A stretch of DNA of 55,110 nucleotides, taken from positions 1 to 55,110 of the IMG/VR virus record IMGVR_UViG_3300018476_000016; one strand, written 5' to 3'. Numbering within the stretch: the first letter of the stretch is position 1; each line of letters starts with the position of its first letter. Below are positions 8,306 to 16,554 of this stretch, piece after piece. Below the pieces are notes generated by a model. It did no database searches. It was not told the DNA's origin and saw only the letters and a list, made by a program, of their open reading frames with translations. Position numbers and translations under genes: made by a program. This DNA is from a virus (Duplodnaviria > Caudoviricetes).

Positions 8306-8524
8306 ATGCCCCGGTCCCAGGTCGAGCAGGTCGAGTACGAGAAGCAGGTCAACTACCAGCGACGTACCCAGGCCCGCGACAACACGGCCTGGATGCGTCA
8401 GGAGTGGGCCGGCTGCGACTGGACCGACACCGAGTACGGGGAGATCCTCGCCATGCTCGGCCTGGACACTATCGACGCTGACGACCGGTACAGCACCGAG
8501 TACCTCGTGGGGAGGATGAAGTAG
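8306..8524 (+). CDS. Hypothetical protein
   Basis: ORF with phage codon bias. Confidence 0.65.
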   Translation: MPRSQVEQVEYEKQVNYQRRTQARDNTAWMRQEWAGCDWTDTEYGEILAMLGLDTIDADDRYSTEYLVGRMK

Positions 8525-8677
8525 ATGGGCAGCGACCGCAAGGACGACAAGCACGACGGTGACGCGTCGTTCTTCCCCATCGGCAACACGGACCCGTCCA
8601 AGCGTGGACGGTCCAAGTGGGAGAAGGACCCGCTACCGGCGAAGAAGGACCCCAAGCACCCGCACAGGAAGCCCTGA
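8525..8677 (+). CDS. Small charged hypothetical protein
   Basis: MGSDRKDDKH...; GGAGG RBS; ATG directly after the upstream stop. Confidence 0.55.
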   Translation: MGSDRKDDKHDGDASFFPIGNTDPSKRGRSKWEKDPLPAKKDPKHPHRKP

Positions 8678-8695
8678 CACTTGCTCATCGCGCAA

Positions 8696-8737
8696 GGCCC
8701 CGCAGAGGGGAGCCCAGGCTCCATCCTCTGCGGGGCC
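8696..8737. terminator. GC-rich hairpin
   Basis: GGCCCCGCAGAGG / CCTCTGCGGGGCC 13-bp stem. Confidence 0.5.
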
Positions 8738-8778
8738 ATCATCCTTGTCGTGTTCATCTGGCTTCTGAGGAGACTGAA

Positions 8779-9096
8779 GTGAACAGCGAGATAGTCGACT
8801 GGCTACTCGAACAGATCGCAGCGAACGAGTTCCCGGACCGGGTTGCCGTCCTCCAGGAGATCGTCCTGCTCAACGACGCCACCACGATGCGTCAGGACGG
8901 CCCGACCGTCACGGCGTTCACGGTGTCAGCCGGCAAACACGTAGAGGTGAGTTGGAACGGCTGGGTGGTGGAGACGTTGCCCTACCCCGAGTTCACGGCC
9001 AAGTACATGGTCCCGGCGCCACCGAACCGGACCCTGAGGCTCCTGGCGTCCCTGTATGACAACCGTCCCGGGTTCAAGGAGGAGTGGAAGCTGTGA
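8779..9096 (+). CDS. DUF6221-like protein
   Basis: IVDWLLEQIA ... TLRLLASLYDNRPGFKEEW. Confidence 0.75.
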   Translation: MNSEIVDWLLEQIAANEFPDRVAVLQEIVLLNDATTMRQDGPTVTAFTVSAGKHVEVSWNGWVVETLPYPEFTAKYMVPAPPNRTLRLLASLYDNRPGFKEEWKL

Positions 9097-9863
9097 ACTA
9101 CTCGTTCGATGACCAGGTCCGGGCGTGGTCGAACCCGCCCGTGGACGACGTCGGTTACATCCCGTCCGCGACCATGCTCACGTGGACCGACGACCACCTG
9201 CGTGAGGTCGTGGAGGAGATGCGCCGGGTCCGCTACTCCGAAGTGGCGTGGCGCAACTGGGAGGGCGGCTGGGTCAAGGGCCTGCGCCTGGACCAGTTGG
9301 AGGGCAAGCGGGTCCTGGAGTTCGGCTGCGGCGTCGGCCTTGAGGCCATGGAGATGTCCTCGCGGGGTGCCCATGTCGCGCTGTCGGACATCGGTGCCGA
9401 CAACCTTGCTCTGGCTGAGCGGGTCATGTGGCTGTACGGCGAGGAACCGGTCGGGGCGTGGGCCATCAACCGCGACGCGCCGTACGTGCAGCGCGTCGGT
9501 ACGGGCCTGGGGCAGGTCGGGGTGGACGTGGTCCACTGCTCCGGGGTGCTGCACCACATCCCGTACGCGAAGGACGTGGTCGACTGGTTCGCCACGATCC
9601 TGAAGCCGGGCGGGGAGGTGCACCTGATGCTGTACTCCGACCGTGGGTGGCGGCACTTCGTGGGCACGGAGCCACCGGTTGACACGGTCAACGACCCCAA
9701 CTTCAACAACTTCGTCCGTATCTTCGACCAGGTCGGCACGTACGCGGACTGGTACGACGAGGCGAAGGTCGCAGCCCTGTGCGGCGAGGGTTTCACCCTG
9801 GAGGAGTACCGCTACATCACCGTCGATGACCGCTACTGCACGGCCGTGCTCAAGCGGAAGTGA
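9093..9863 (+). CDS. Class I SAM-dependent methyltransferase
   Basis: RVLEFGCGVG, CSGVLHHIP, LKPGGEVHLMLY. Confidence 0.9.
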   Translation: MNYSFDDQVRAWSNPPVDDVGYIPSATMLTWTDDHLREVVEEMRRVRYSEVAWRNWEGGWVKGLRLDQLEGKRVLEFGCGVGLEAMEMSSRGAHVALSDIGADNLALAERVMWLYGEEPVGAWAINRDAPYVQRVGTGLGQVGVDVVHCSGVLHHIPYAKDVVDWFATILKPGGEVHLMLYSDRGWRHFVGTEPPVDTVNDPNFNNFVRIFDQVGTYADWYDEAKVAALCGEGFTLEEYRYITVDDRYCTAVLKRK

Positions 9864-9907
9864 CAGGGTACGATAGAACCACACCCCTCCCTAACGGAAG
9901 GAAGTAC

Positions 9908-10267
9908 ATGCGCAAAGTGCTCAGTATCGTCGCGGCGACTGTCGTGGGGCTGTCCGTGACCATGTTCGTGGCCAACCCCGCCTACGCTGACGCCAACTGT
10001 TCCATCGGCAAGTTCTGCCTGTGGACCGGGCAGAACGGCACCGGTACCAAGGTCGAGTACAACCCGGCCCAGGACCACTGCGTCAACCTCGCAGGTGTCA
10101 TCGTCAACAACGCCCGGTGGGGGTGGAACCGCCACACGTCGGCCACGTTCTACACCTACAACGGCACCAACGGCACCGGGGGCAGCGGCGCGTGGGGCCC
10201 GAACGGTGTGGCCGGTCCGCCGAACCTGTCGAACTACACCAACATCGAGTCGGTCTGTCGCTGGTAA
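9908..10267 (+). CDS. Secreted peptidase inhibitor I36-like (beta/gamma-crystallin fold) protein
   Basis: Signal peptide ending PAYA; CSIGKFCLWTGQNGTG, NNA..WN, YTYNG. Confidence 0.8.
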   Translation: MRKVLSIVAATVVGLSVTMFVANPAYADANCSIGKFCLWTGQNGTGTKVEYNPAQDHCVNLAGVIVNNARWGWNRHTSATFYTYNGTNGTGGSGAWGPNGVAGPPNLSNYTNIESVCRW

Positions 10268-10276
10268 GGCTCACCC

Positions 10277-10308
10277 TGTGCCCGGACGCCACCACGGGTC
10301 CGGGCACA
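10277..10308. terminator. Hairpin after the I36-like gene
   Basis: TGTGCCCGGAC / GTCCGGGCACA. Confidence 0.5.
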
Positions 10309-10327
10309 CCCATCTGAGGAGGCAAGC

Positions 10328-10531
10328 ATGGACACACCAGTGCTGTACCCGGGGGACCGCATCCACATAGCCGTCTGGGCCAGGAACCTGAGCCAGGCAG
10401 ACGAACTGAACCAGAACATCGTCCGGGAGTACGCCGCTTTCGAGGTGACCGCGTTCTTCACGACCACGGTCACCTCGGACGGGCCGCTGGAGCCGATGAG
10501 GGTCCTGGCGGTCATCCGGGCCAAGCCATGA
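10328..10531 (+). CDS. Hypothetical protein
   Basis: GAGGAGG RBS. Confidence 0.65.
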   Translation: MDTPVLYPGDRIHIAVWARNLSQADELNQNIVREYAAFEVTAFFTTTVTSDGPLEPMRVLAVIRAKP

Positions 10532-10758
10532 CCGGGGACACGGTCGAGGCCCTGCGTCTGGCCTACCAGGCCCTGACCCACATGGACCTGGAGTGCCGCT
10601 ACCACCACGGTGACTTCGGCTACCTCGGGTGGAACGGTCACCCGTACACGTCCCTGCCACGCTGTGACTCGTGCAAGCAACCGTGGCGCGTGACCCGTGC
10701 CCTTCAGGCCGTGGAACGGGCTCTCGCCACTGCACGACTGGACGCGGACCACAAGTGA
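10528..10758 (+). CDS. Hypothetical protein
   Basis: ATGA coupling; CRYH and CDSC. Confidence 0.65.
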   Translation: MTGDTVEALRLAYQALTHMDLECRYHHGDFGYLGWNGHPYTSLPRCDSCKQPWRVTRALQAVERALATARLDADHK

Positions 10759-10767
10759 CGTTAGGAT
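10739..10767 (+). promoter_or_regulatory. Putative promoter of the tRNA
   Basis: TGGACG-N17-TAGGAT just upstream of the tRNA. Confidence 0.55.
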
Positions 10768-10772
10768 GGGTG

Positions 10773-10846
10773 TGCAGCGTGGAGCAGTCCGGTAGCTCGT
10801 TGGGCTCATAACCCAGAGGTCGCCAGTTCGAATCTGGTCGCTGCCA
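10773..10846 (+). tRNA. tRNA-Met(CAT), initiator type
   Basis: Cloverleaf; anticodon arm TGGG-CTCATAA-CCCA with three G-C pairs; TTCGAATC T-loop; 1:72 mismatch; CCA not encoded. Confidence 0.95.
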
Positions 10847-10890
10847 CTGTGCAGCCGTTAGCGCGGATGTTGGTTGGTGGAGTGGCACAC

Positions 10891-10922
10891 GAACCCCCCG
10901 ATGTTGCAGCGTCGGGGGGTTC
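10891..10922 (+). terminator. Intrinsic terminator hairpin
   Basis: GAACCCCCCGATG / CGTCGGGGGGTTC followed by TTC. Confidence 0.75.
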
Positions 10923-10928
10923 TTCATG

Positions 10929-10971
10929 AACCGACCCCCGACACCCAGCCAGAAGGTGTCGGGGGTCGGTT
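10929..10971 (-). terminator. Intrinsic terminator hairpin for the convergent gene
   Basis: 17-bp perfect stem AACCGACCCCCGACACC / GGTGTCGGGGGTCGGTT. Confidence 0.75.
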
Positions 10972-10979
10972 GTCAGGGA

Positions 10980-11333
10980 CTAGGCGCGGTAGATCGAGGA
11001 GATCTGGTTGAACTGCTCCGCGCTGGTCGGTCCACCCGGGGCGCCAGGACCCCAACTGCCACTCACTCCGGTGCAGTTGGCACCGTTGTACGTGTAGAAC
11101 GTGGAAGCCGTCCGGTTGCGACCCGACTCCGCGTTGTTGTTCAGCGTGCCCGAGATGTTCAGGCAGTGGTCCACGGCGGGGAGGTACTCGCCACGGGTGC
11201 CAGTGCCGTTGCCGGTCCACAGACAGAACCGGCCACTCGTGCAGTCGCTGAGCGACGCGTTCGCTGGTGCGACCATGATGCCCAGCCCGAGGGCTGCCAT
11301 GAACGCCACAGCAAGGATCTTGACAGTACGCAT
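10980..11333 (-). CDS. Secreted peptidase inhibitor I36-like protein (paralogue of 9908-10267)
   Basis: Signal peptide ending PANA; CTSGRFCLWTGNGTG, DHCLN, NNAESGRN, TFYTYNG, GSWGP. Confidence 0.8.
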   Translation of the reverse strand: MRTVKILAVAFMAALGLGIMVAPANASLSDCTSGRFCLWTGNGTGTRGEYLPAVDHCLNISGTLNNNAESGRNRTASTFYTYNGANCTGVSGSWGPGAPGGPTSAEQFNQISSIYRA

Positions 11334-11477
11334 GTGCGTCCTTCCTTGTGGGTGTACCTCCCAGGGTAGTCAATGTGGACCCCCGTACACCACCCCTCCC
11401 CTTGGTCATGTTGACTCCATCATGTACCGTGGATTGCGAGGGAGGGGGCCCCCTCCCAAGAATGGAGGAGCACCTAC

Positions 11478-12395
11478 ATGGGTGCACTTTTCTGGACCGT
11501 AGTCATCCCAGCCTTGCTCGTCATCGGCGCCCTGGTCCTGTTCGTCAAGGCCCGCAGTGTCGCCGACGTGTGGGACATGGAGACCACCCTCGTGCCAAGG
11601 CTCATTGCGACCCTGGTGGTCGTACTCGGGCTGGCAATCGTCACCTTCAACAGCTTCACCGTGGTCCCCCCACGCAACGTGGGGGTGCTGGTGGAGTTCG
11701 GCAAGGCTGACAAGAGCCTGGAGAACGGCTGGCACATGGTGGCGCCATGGTCCTCGGTCGAGAACATCGACGGGACCGTCCAGACACAGTTGATGACCGT
11801 CACGGTCCGCCTCGCCAACCAGACCACCGCACAGGTGGACACGGTGGTGCAGTGGAACGTGGACCCCAAGTCCAACGCCAACACGTTGTGGCAGCGTTAC
11901 CGGGGCAAGAACGACGATGTCATCAAGAACATCCACGACAACGTGGTCTGGCGTCAGACCACCGTGGCGCTCAACAGCGTCTTCGCCAGCTACAACCCTC
12001 TGGTCGTCCTCACCGGCGGCACGGAGAACCGGTCCCAGGCGGACCTGGCCAAGCAGGCGGAGGCGATGCTCAAGTCCAGCGTCGACCCGGGCATCGTCAT
12101 CGACACCCTGGCCATCTCGCTGGTGCACTTCGACCCGGTCACCCAGGACAAGCTGAACGGCTACGCGCAGGCGTTGGCGGACACGCAGATCGCCACCCAG
12201 CAGAAGCTGACCGCTGACCAGCAGCGTCTGGCCAACGAGAAGCTGGCCGTCGGTTCGTCCAACGACCCGGGTGTCAAGTACCAGAACTGCCTCAACCTGA
12301 TCAAGGACCTGGCAGCCAAGACACAGCTACAGAACCTCCAGTACGGCGGGCTGATGTGCTCGACCGGGGACAACTCCATCATCGTAGGTAAGTGA
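11478..12395 (+). CDS. SPFH/band-7 (prohibitin-like) membrane protein
   Basis: Two TM segments then FTVVPPRNVGVLVEFGK..LENGWHMVAPW; C-terminal coiled coil. Confidence 0.88.
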   Translation: MGALFWTVVIPALLVIGALVLFVKARSVADVWDMETTLVPRLIATLVVVLGLAIVTFNSFTVVPPRNVGVLVEFGKADKSLENGWHMVAPWSSVENIDGTVQTQLMTVTVRLANQTTAQVDTVVQWNVDPKSNANTLWQRYRGKNDDVIKNIHDNVVWRQTTVALNSVFASYNPLVVLTGGTENRSQADLAKQAEAMLKSSVDPGIVIDTLAISLVHFDPVTQDKLNGYAQALADTQIATQQKLTADQQRLANEKLAVGSSNDPGVKYQNCLNLIKDLAAKTQLQNLQYGGLMCSTGDNSIIVGK

Positions 12396-12679
12396 TGGCC
12401 AGTTTCCCCGTGTCACGCCTAGCCGCAGTGGTGCCGGGCGGGAAGATCCACATGACACGCGCCGGTTCCGCCAAGACGCTATGCGGCAGGGTGGCTCGCT
12501 ACCCGGTGACAAATGCCACGGACCAGGACGGCAACAACGTCACCAGCATGACCGAGGACCAATTGGTTGACGGCCTGTGCAGTCAGTGTGAACAGTCCTA
12601 CGTACCCGCGTACGTGTACGTGTGGGGAGCGGTGATTGTCGCCCTGGTGGCAGTCCTGGGTGTCTGGTTGAGCAAGTAG
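12392..12679 (+). CDS. Hypothetical protein (H..LCG..CxxC, C-terminal TM)
   Basis: Coupled ORF. Confidence 0.6.
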   Translation: MMASFPVSRLAAVVPGGKIHMTRAGSAKTLCGRVARYPVTNATDQDGNNVTSMTEDQLVDGLCSQCEQSYVPAYVYVWGAVIVALVAVLGVWLSK

Positions 12680-12712
12680 TAGCATCGCGGTACACCGCGA
12701 GGATGGTGAAGA

Positions 12713-12744
12713 GCGAGGCCCCCGGCTCAGGTCGGGGGCCTCGC
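12713..12744 (+). terminator. Hairpin
   Basis: GCGAGGCCCCCGGC / GTCGGGGGCCTCGC. Confidence 0.55.
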
Positions 12745-12765
12745 CTGTTGAAGGGAAGGACGACA

Positions 12766-13182
12766 GTGACAGAGACGATCGACTGGGCCATCTCCACCAT
12801 CGGACCGGAGGAAGGTTTCCGGCCCCTGAGCCGGCTCCTGCCGGGGTTGCAGTGGGTGCGGGTGGCCCGACACACCACGGAGGCGTCAGGCGGGGTGGTG
12901 GCCAACTTCGTGGCCCCGCTCAACACCACCGTCCTACGGTGGAAGGGCCACCTGCGCACGTACGTGCCACTGCTGCGTGGCGTGGAGGACGCAGACCTCG
13001 GTGGCCCGGTCCAGTACGACCAGGTCGAGCGGGAGTGGGTCCCGGAGGGCTTCACGTGGGTCAACTGCTACCTGCTGGTGGTCCCCTACGCGGAACCAAC
13101 CGCGTCTGTGATCAAGATGCTCCCGGCGAACGTGATGGTGAAGTTCCAGACCGGCACGGCCACCTCGCTCGTCACGACCTAG
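12766..13182 (+). CDS. Hypothetical protein
   Basis: GGAAGGA RBS; last gene of the + arm. Confidence 0.65.
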   Translation: MTETIDWAISTIGPEEGFRPLSRLLPGLQWVRVARHTTEASGGVVANFVAPLNTTVLRWKGHLRTYVPLLRGVEDADLGGPVQYDQVEREWVPEGFTWVNCYLLVVPYAEPTASVIKMLPANVMVKFQTGTATSLVTT

Positions 13183-13520
13183 ACACCCTCAGGGGCCGGT
13201 TCCGTCACATGGCGGTGCCGGCCCCTGTTCGTGTGTGGGGGCAGGGTGACCCAGGTGGGGGTGGGCACCTTCAGGTAGGAGATCCCAGCCGACACGTAGC
13301 AGACGCTGGCCAGGTACATGGCCCGGTGGTGGCACCACCACTGGTCGCGGCCAGCCACCCCGAACGAGAACTGCAACCGGTTGAACGCAGCCCCGTCGAC
13401 CTGCGGTTCCCAGTACCACCACCGCTTGGAGCACTGCCGGTCCAGGCTGACCTGGACGGACTCGGTGTCCCCGTTCCACTGCCCGTCGTGGGCGAAGTGG
13501 TAGCGGCGGAAGGTGGTCAC
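13179..13520 (-). CDS. Trp-rich hypothetical protein
   Basis: GGAGG RBS; last gene of the late arm. Confidence 0.65.
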   Translation of the reverse strand: MTTFRRYHFAHDGQWNGDTESVQVSLDRQCSKRWWYWEPQVDGAAFNRLQFSFGVAGRDQWWCHHRAMYLASVCYVSAGISYLKVPTPTWVTLPPHTNRGRHRHVTEPAPEGV

Positions 13521-13849
13521 TACCGGTTCCTCCGCTCCTCCGCCAGGGACGCCACCAGCTTCGTGATCGCCTCAGTGTTCGCGGCCAGGGCGTTGGCGGT
13601 CTGGTCGGTGTGGCGTTCCAACATGTCGTGGGCACGGTTGAGGTTGCCGTTGGAGACCTCTTTGACCTGGTCGAGTTTCTGGTACACGGCCACCCCGAGC
13701 GCCCCGAGCGCAGGGACGGCGACAAGACCGGCGAGGGTCAGGATGATGGTGGGGTCCTTGTCCAGGGCGCTCAGGATGATGGCGCCAGCAACGAGGGTGA
13801 ACACCGTCCCGAGGACCAGAGCGACCTGCGGCCAGCTAACGGACTTCAT
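13520..13849 (-). CDS. Putative holin
   Basis: Two TM helices followed by KLDQVKEVSNGNL coiled coil. Confidence 0.6.
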   Translation of the reverse strand: MKSVSWPQVALVLGTVFTLVAGAIILSALDKDPTIILTLAGLVAVPALGALGVAVYQKLDQVKEVSNGNLNRAHDMLERHTDQTANALAANTEAITKLVASLAEERRNR

Positions 13850-13913
13850 GGGGTGGGACCCTTCTCCATAACGGCGGCGGATAGATCCATCGTATGGGGA
13901 ACGTGAAGGAATG

Positions 13914-14423
13914 TCAGACTGAGCCGACAATGGCGCACTGCCAAGGGGCTCTAGAGGTAACAGGGAAGTCGTCCAGGTCGCTGGATCCGATTGGAACTGC
14001 ACGACATCTCCTCAAGCCGGACATCCTGACGAGCCTCAGTAAACGCTCCTCGTTACAGGACCACAAGTGCTGGTCACCGTCCCACCGGTCCCCACCGGTA
14101 AGCGCTTCCTTGAGCGTCGTCCAGTCCAGTTTGTTGTCGAAGTGCAGCCGACCGGCGCGGTCCACGTCCGGGCCCACGATGGCGATCCTGGCCCCGGTCA
14201 CACACCGTGTCCACAGCACCATGAGTGCTGAGGCGACGATGTTCGGGGAGATGTGCTCCAGCACGTGCCCGAGGTATACTTGCTCCACATTGGACAGTTC
14301 GGTGGCCGGTGGCAGGTACAGCAAGGACCCCACCAGGTCCGGCTTCACGAACTCGTTGGTGGCCAGGTCCATGTTCACCCAACCCTCGGCCCGGAACTCA
14401 CCACACCCCACGTTCAGTCTCAT
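13914..14423 (-). CDS. SAM-dependent methyltransferase (glycan-associated type)
   Basis: MRLNVGCG....GWVNMD, YLGHVLEHI, IVGPD. Confidence 0.82.
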   Translation of the reverse strand: MRLNVGCGEFRAEGWVNMDLATNEFVKPDLVGSLLYLPPATELSNVEQVYLGHVLEHISPNIVASALMVLWTRCVTGARIAIVGPDVDRAGRLHFDNKLDWTTLKEALTGGDRWDGDQHLWSCNEERLLRLVRMSGLRRCRAVPIGSSDLDDFPVTSRAPWQCAIVGSV

Positions 14424-14782
14424 GGCGTCTCCTGCTTCCACACCGAGTCGGGTGACAGGCCCCCGTGGTTGTGTTCGTGGGTCGAGTCGATTGGCGGATG
14501 GTCATGGAACAGGACGCACTGCACGCCACTACTGGTCGACAGGCACTGCCGGAACCGGCACGACCGGCAGTCAACCAACGAGTGGTCCCGGCACTGCACC
14601 CGGGGGCGGGTGGTCAGCGTCGACAGCGGTGTCCCCTCGTGCGCCTCGCGTTCGTCCACGGCATCGGTGAACGCCCGCAGGCACCGCACGAGGTAGTCGG
14701 CCAGGACCCAGTCGGGAGTGTCCGTCCGGGTGTCGATGCTGTGCTTGTTCAGCACGGTTGCCATGTCCCGGTGCAGGCTCAC
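14420..14782 (-). CDS. Hypothetical protein
   Basis: LNKHSID...DTPDWVLADYLVRCL motif plus Cys/His tail. Confidence 0.7.
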   Translation of the reverse strand: MSLHRDMATVLNKHSIDTRTDTPDWVLADYLVRCLRAFTDAVDEREAHEGTPLSTLTTRPRVQCRDHSLVDCRSCRFRQCLSTSSGVQCVLFHDHPPIDSTHEHNHGGLSPDSVWKQETP

Positions 14783-14913
14783 GGTTGCCTCACGTAGAAG
14801 TCGTCAACGTCCGGGGTGCCGTAGCGGTAGGTGAGCGCGTACATGAGGAGCAGCAGCAGCGGGCTCAGGATCGTCCACTGCACCCAGAACGCGATCCAGT
14901 TGACCTTCCTCAT
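14779..14913 (-). CDS. Small membrane protein
   Basis: Single TM segment; coupled. Confidence 0.5.
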   Translation of the reverse strand: MRKVNWIAFWVQWTILSPLLLLLMYALTYRYGTPDVDDFYVRQP

Positions 14914-15116
14914 GTGCCCTCCCCCACGACCGGACGCCCGTAGTGCGAGGCGCATGAGGGACACATGCGGATGTACACCCACTTCTCGTTGTCCGGCTGC
15001 GGAGGGTAGCGGAGCCGGACGTACACGGAGTATTTCTTGATGACCGCGCCACACTGCCGGGCGCTGTTGCAGTCGTAGTCCCGGCTGGCGTGGTACTGGT
15101 CCCAGATCTCCCTCAC
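14910..15116 (-). CDS. Zn-binding hypothetical protein
   Basis: C....CG..I ... CPSC. Confidence 0.6.
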   Translation of the reverse strand: MREIWDQYHASRDYDCNSARQCGAVIKKYSVYVRLRYPPQPDNEKWVYIRMCPSCASHYGRPVVGEGT

Positions 15117-15307
15117 TCGTCATCCTCCCACCGTGGTTCCCGTCGGGCCGTGTGGTCGGGGCACAACTGCCGGTCGGGGTACACCGTCCAGCCCTTCGCC
15201 TTGGCCTTGTACACCCACTGCGCGTCGTAGGCGAGGAAGGTGGCACCGATGCACCGGTCCACGGTGCAGGTCACCACCACGCCACCGTTGCGTACGTCGA
15301 TGCTCAT
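15113..15307 (-). CDS. Zn-binding hypothetical protein
   Basis: C...C ... AKAKGW ... LCPDH. Confidence 0.6.
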   Translation of the reverse strand: MSIDVRNGGVVVTCTVDRCIGATFLAYDAQWVYKAKAKGWTVYPDRQLCPDHTARREPRWEDDE

Positions 15308-15308
15308 C

Positions 15309-15887
15309 TTAACTCCAACGCGTGGGGTTGCCCGACGTGTTCCCGCCGTGGTGGTGGTAGTTGAACAGGCGCTCAGGAAGGTGTGCGATCTTCGCCCCGG
15401 TGTTGTTGACCTTGCAGATGAACCAGTAGTCCTCGCCACCGTAGGCACCGTGCGGGTGGGTGTCCATGCCATCGAACCCGCCGACCCGTTGCGCCAGTTC
15501 CGTCTTCACCATCACGCAGATGCTCACGCACAGTGGGTTGTCCGGGTTCCACGGCAGCCCGAAGTGTGACGGGAACGGGTCCGAACCGCCGATCACGTCG
15601 AACCAGCCGTACACCAGGTCCGCCTGCTCGCGCTCCGCGAAGTCCTGGAGGTGCTCGATGTACTCGGGCTTCAGTTCGTCGTCGTCATCAAGGAAGCACA
15701 CCCACTCGGTGCGGGCCATCATCAGGGCGCGGGTGCGGTTGGCGGGGGCGCCCAGGTGGTCGTTGTCCACGGAGATGGCCAGCGCGGTAGCCGGCCGTGT
15801 CTGCGCCAGGACCGAGTTGACCGCCCGGCGCAGGAGGTCCTGGCGTGGCGGGATCGTGGGGATGACGACGGTGACTCCGGGGATCAT
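15309..15887 (-). CDS. Glycosyltransferase family 2 (GT-A)
   Basis: VTVVIPT..R..LLRRAVNSVLAQT, FLDDDD, GGEDYWF. Confidence 0.92.
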   Translation of the reverse strand: MIPGVTVVIPTIPPRQDLLRRAVNSVLAQTRPATALAISVDNDHLGAPANRTRALMMARTEWVCFLDDDDELKPEYIEHLQDFAEREQADLVYGWFDVIGGSDPFPSHFGLPWNPDNPLCVSICVMVKTELAQRVGGFDGMDTHPHGAYGGEDYWFICKVNNTGAKIAHLPERLFNYHHHGGNTSGNPTRWS

Positions 15888-15918
15888 GCGCGGTCCTCTA
15901 GGTAGATGAAGAAGAACA

Positions 15919-16149
15919 TCAAGCGGTCCATCCTGGACCGAGTTCGTCAATCCACACGAACCTGGTGGCACCACCGTGACCGTGTACCTGCATGGCATCG
16001 AAGAACGAGTTCCACACCACAGTGGACGGACGGTCCCCTAGCCACCGGATCACCATGGTGCCGTCCTCGAACTGGACCCCGTCAGCAACCCGCCCCTCAC
16101 CGCTCACCCCCGACACGTCCACGTCGCGTTGTAGGTAGAACCTACGCAT
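15919..16149 (-). CDS. Conserved phage hypothetical protein
   Basis: F.LQRDVDVSGVSG.G.VA.GV.F.DG..HGHGG.T. Confidence 0.8.
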   Translation of the reverse strand: MRRFYLQRDVDVSGVSGEGRVADGVQFEDGTMVIRWLGDRPSTVVWNSFFDAMQVHGHGGATRFVWIDELGPGWTA

Positions 16150-16339
16150 CGAGCTTCTCCTCTCTGGCCTTACGGTCCGACACGTAGATGGCCATACATC
16201 CCCACGAGTGGAAGTCCAGGTGCTGGCTGATGCCCGAGATCACGTAGCCCGGCTTGTGCAACTCGATACGCAAGTGGTTCACGCCCATCGGCGCATCCAT
16301 GACCGCCCTGCACCCGTCACACATGACCGCGCTACTCAC
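16142..16339 (-). CDS. Zn-binding hypothetical protein
   Basis: CDGC ... LDFHSWGC. Confidence 0.6.
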   Translation of the reverse strand: MSSAVMCDGCRAVMDAPMGVNHLRIELHKPGYVISGISQHLDFHSWGCMAIYVSDRKAREEKLDA

Positions 16340-16554
16340 GGCGACACTCCCTCGTTCTCCCCGAACCACCGCTGGATGCACGCCCACGCATGGAAGTGCA
16401 GGTCCTCGTCCAAGCTCATGACCTTCTTCGACACGGTGACCTGGTGCACCTTGTCCTGGTGCACGTTCACCTCGAACCAGTGCGTGTCGCGACCCTTCGC
16501 CCTCACTGTCACGTCACACTCCGGCCCGTCACAGTGCCACCAGTCAGCCATCAC
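16336..16554 (-). CDS. Zn-binding hypothetical protein (similar to neighbour)
   Basis: CDGPEC ... LHFHAWAC. Confidence 0.6.
   Translation of the reverse strand: MMADWWHCDGPECDVTVRAKGRDTHWFEVNVHQDKVHQVTVSKKVMSLDEDLHFHAWACIQRWFGENEGVSP

Noticed and set aside
10773-10846. tRNA as an attP/attB site or prophage boundary
   Set aside because: No integrase, no duplicated tRNA 3' end noticed, and phage-like genes lie on both sides
10847-10890. tRNA-associated HDV-like ribozyme downstream of the tRNA
   Set aside because: Could not build the nested double pseudoknot; only a weak hairpin is present
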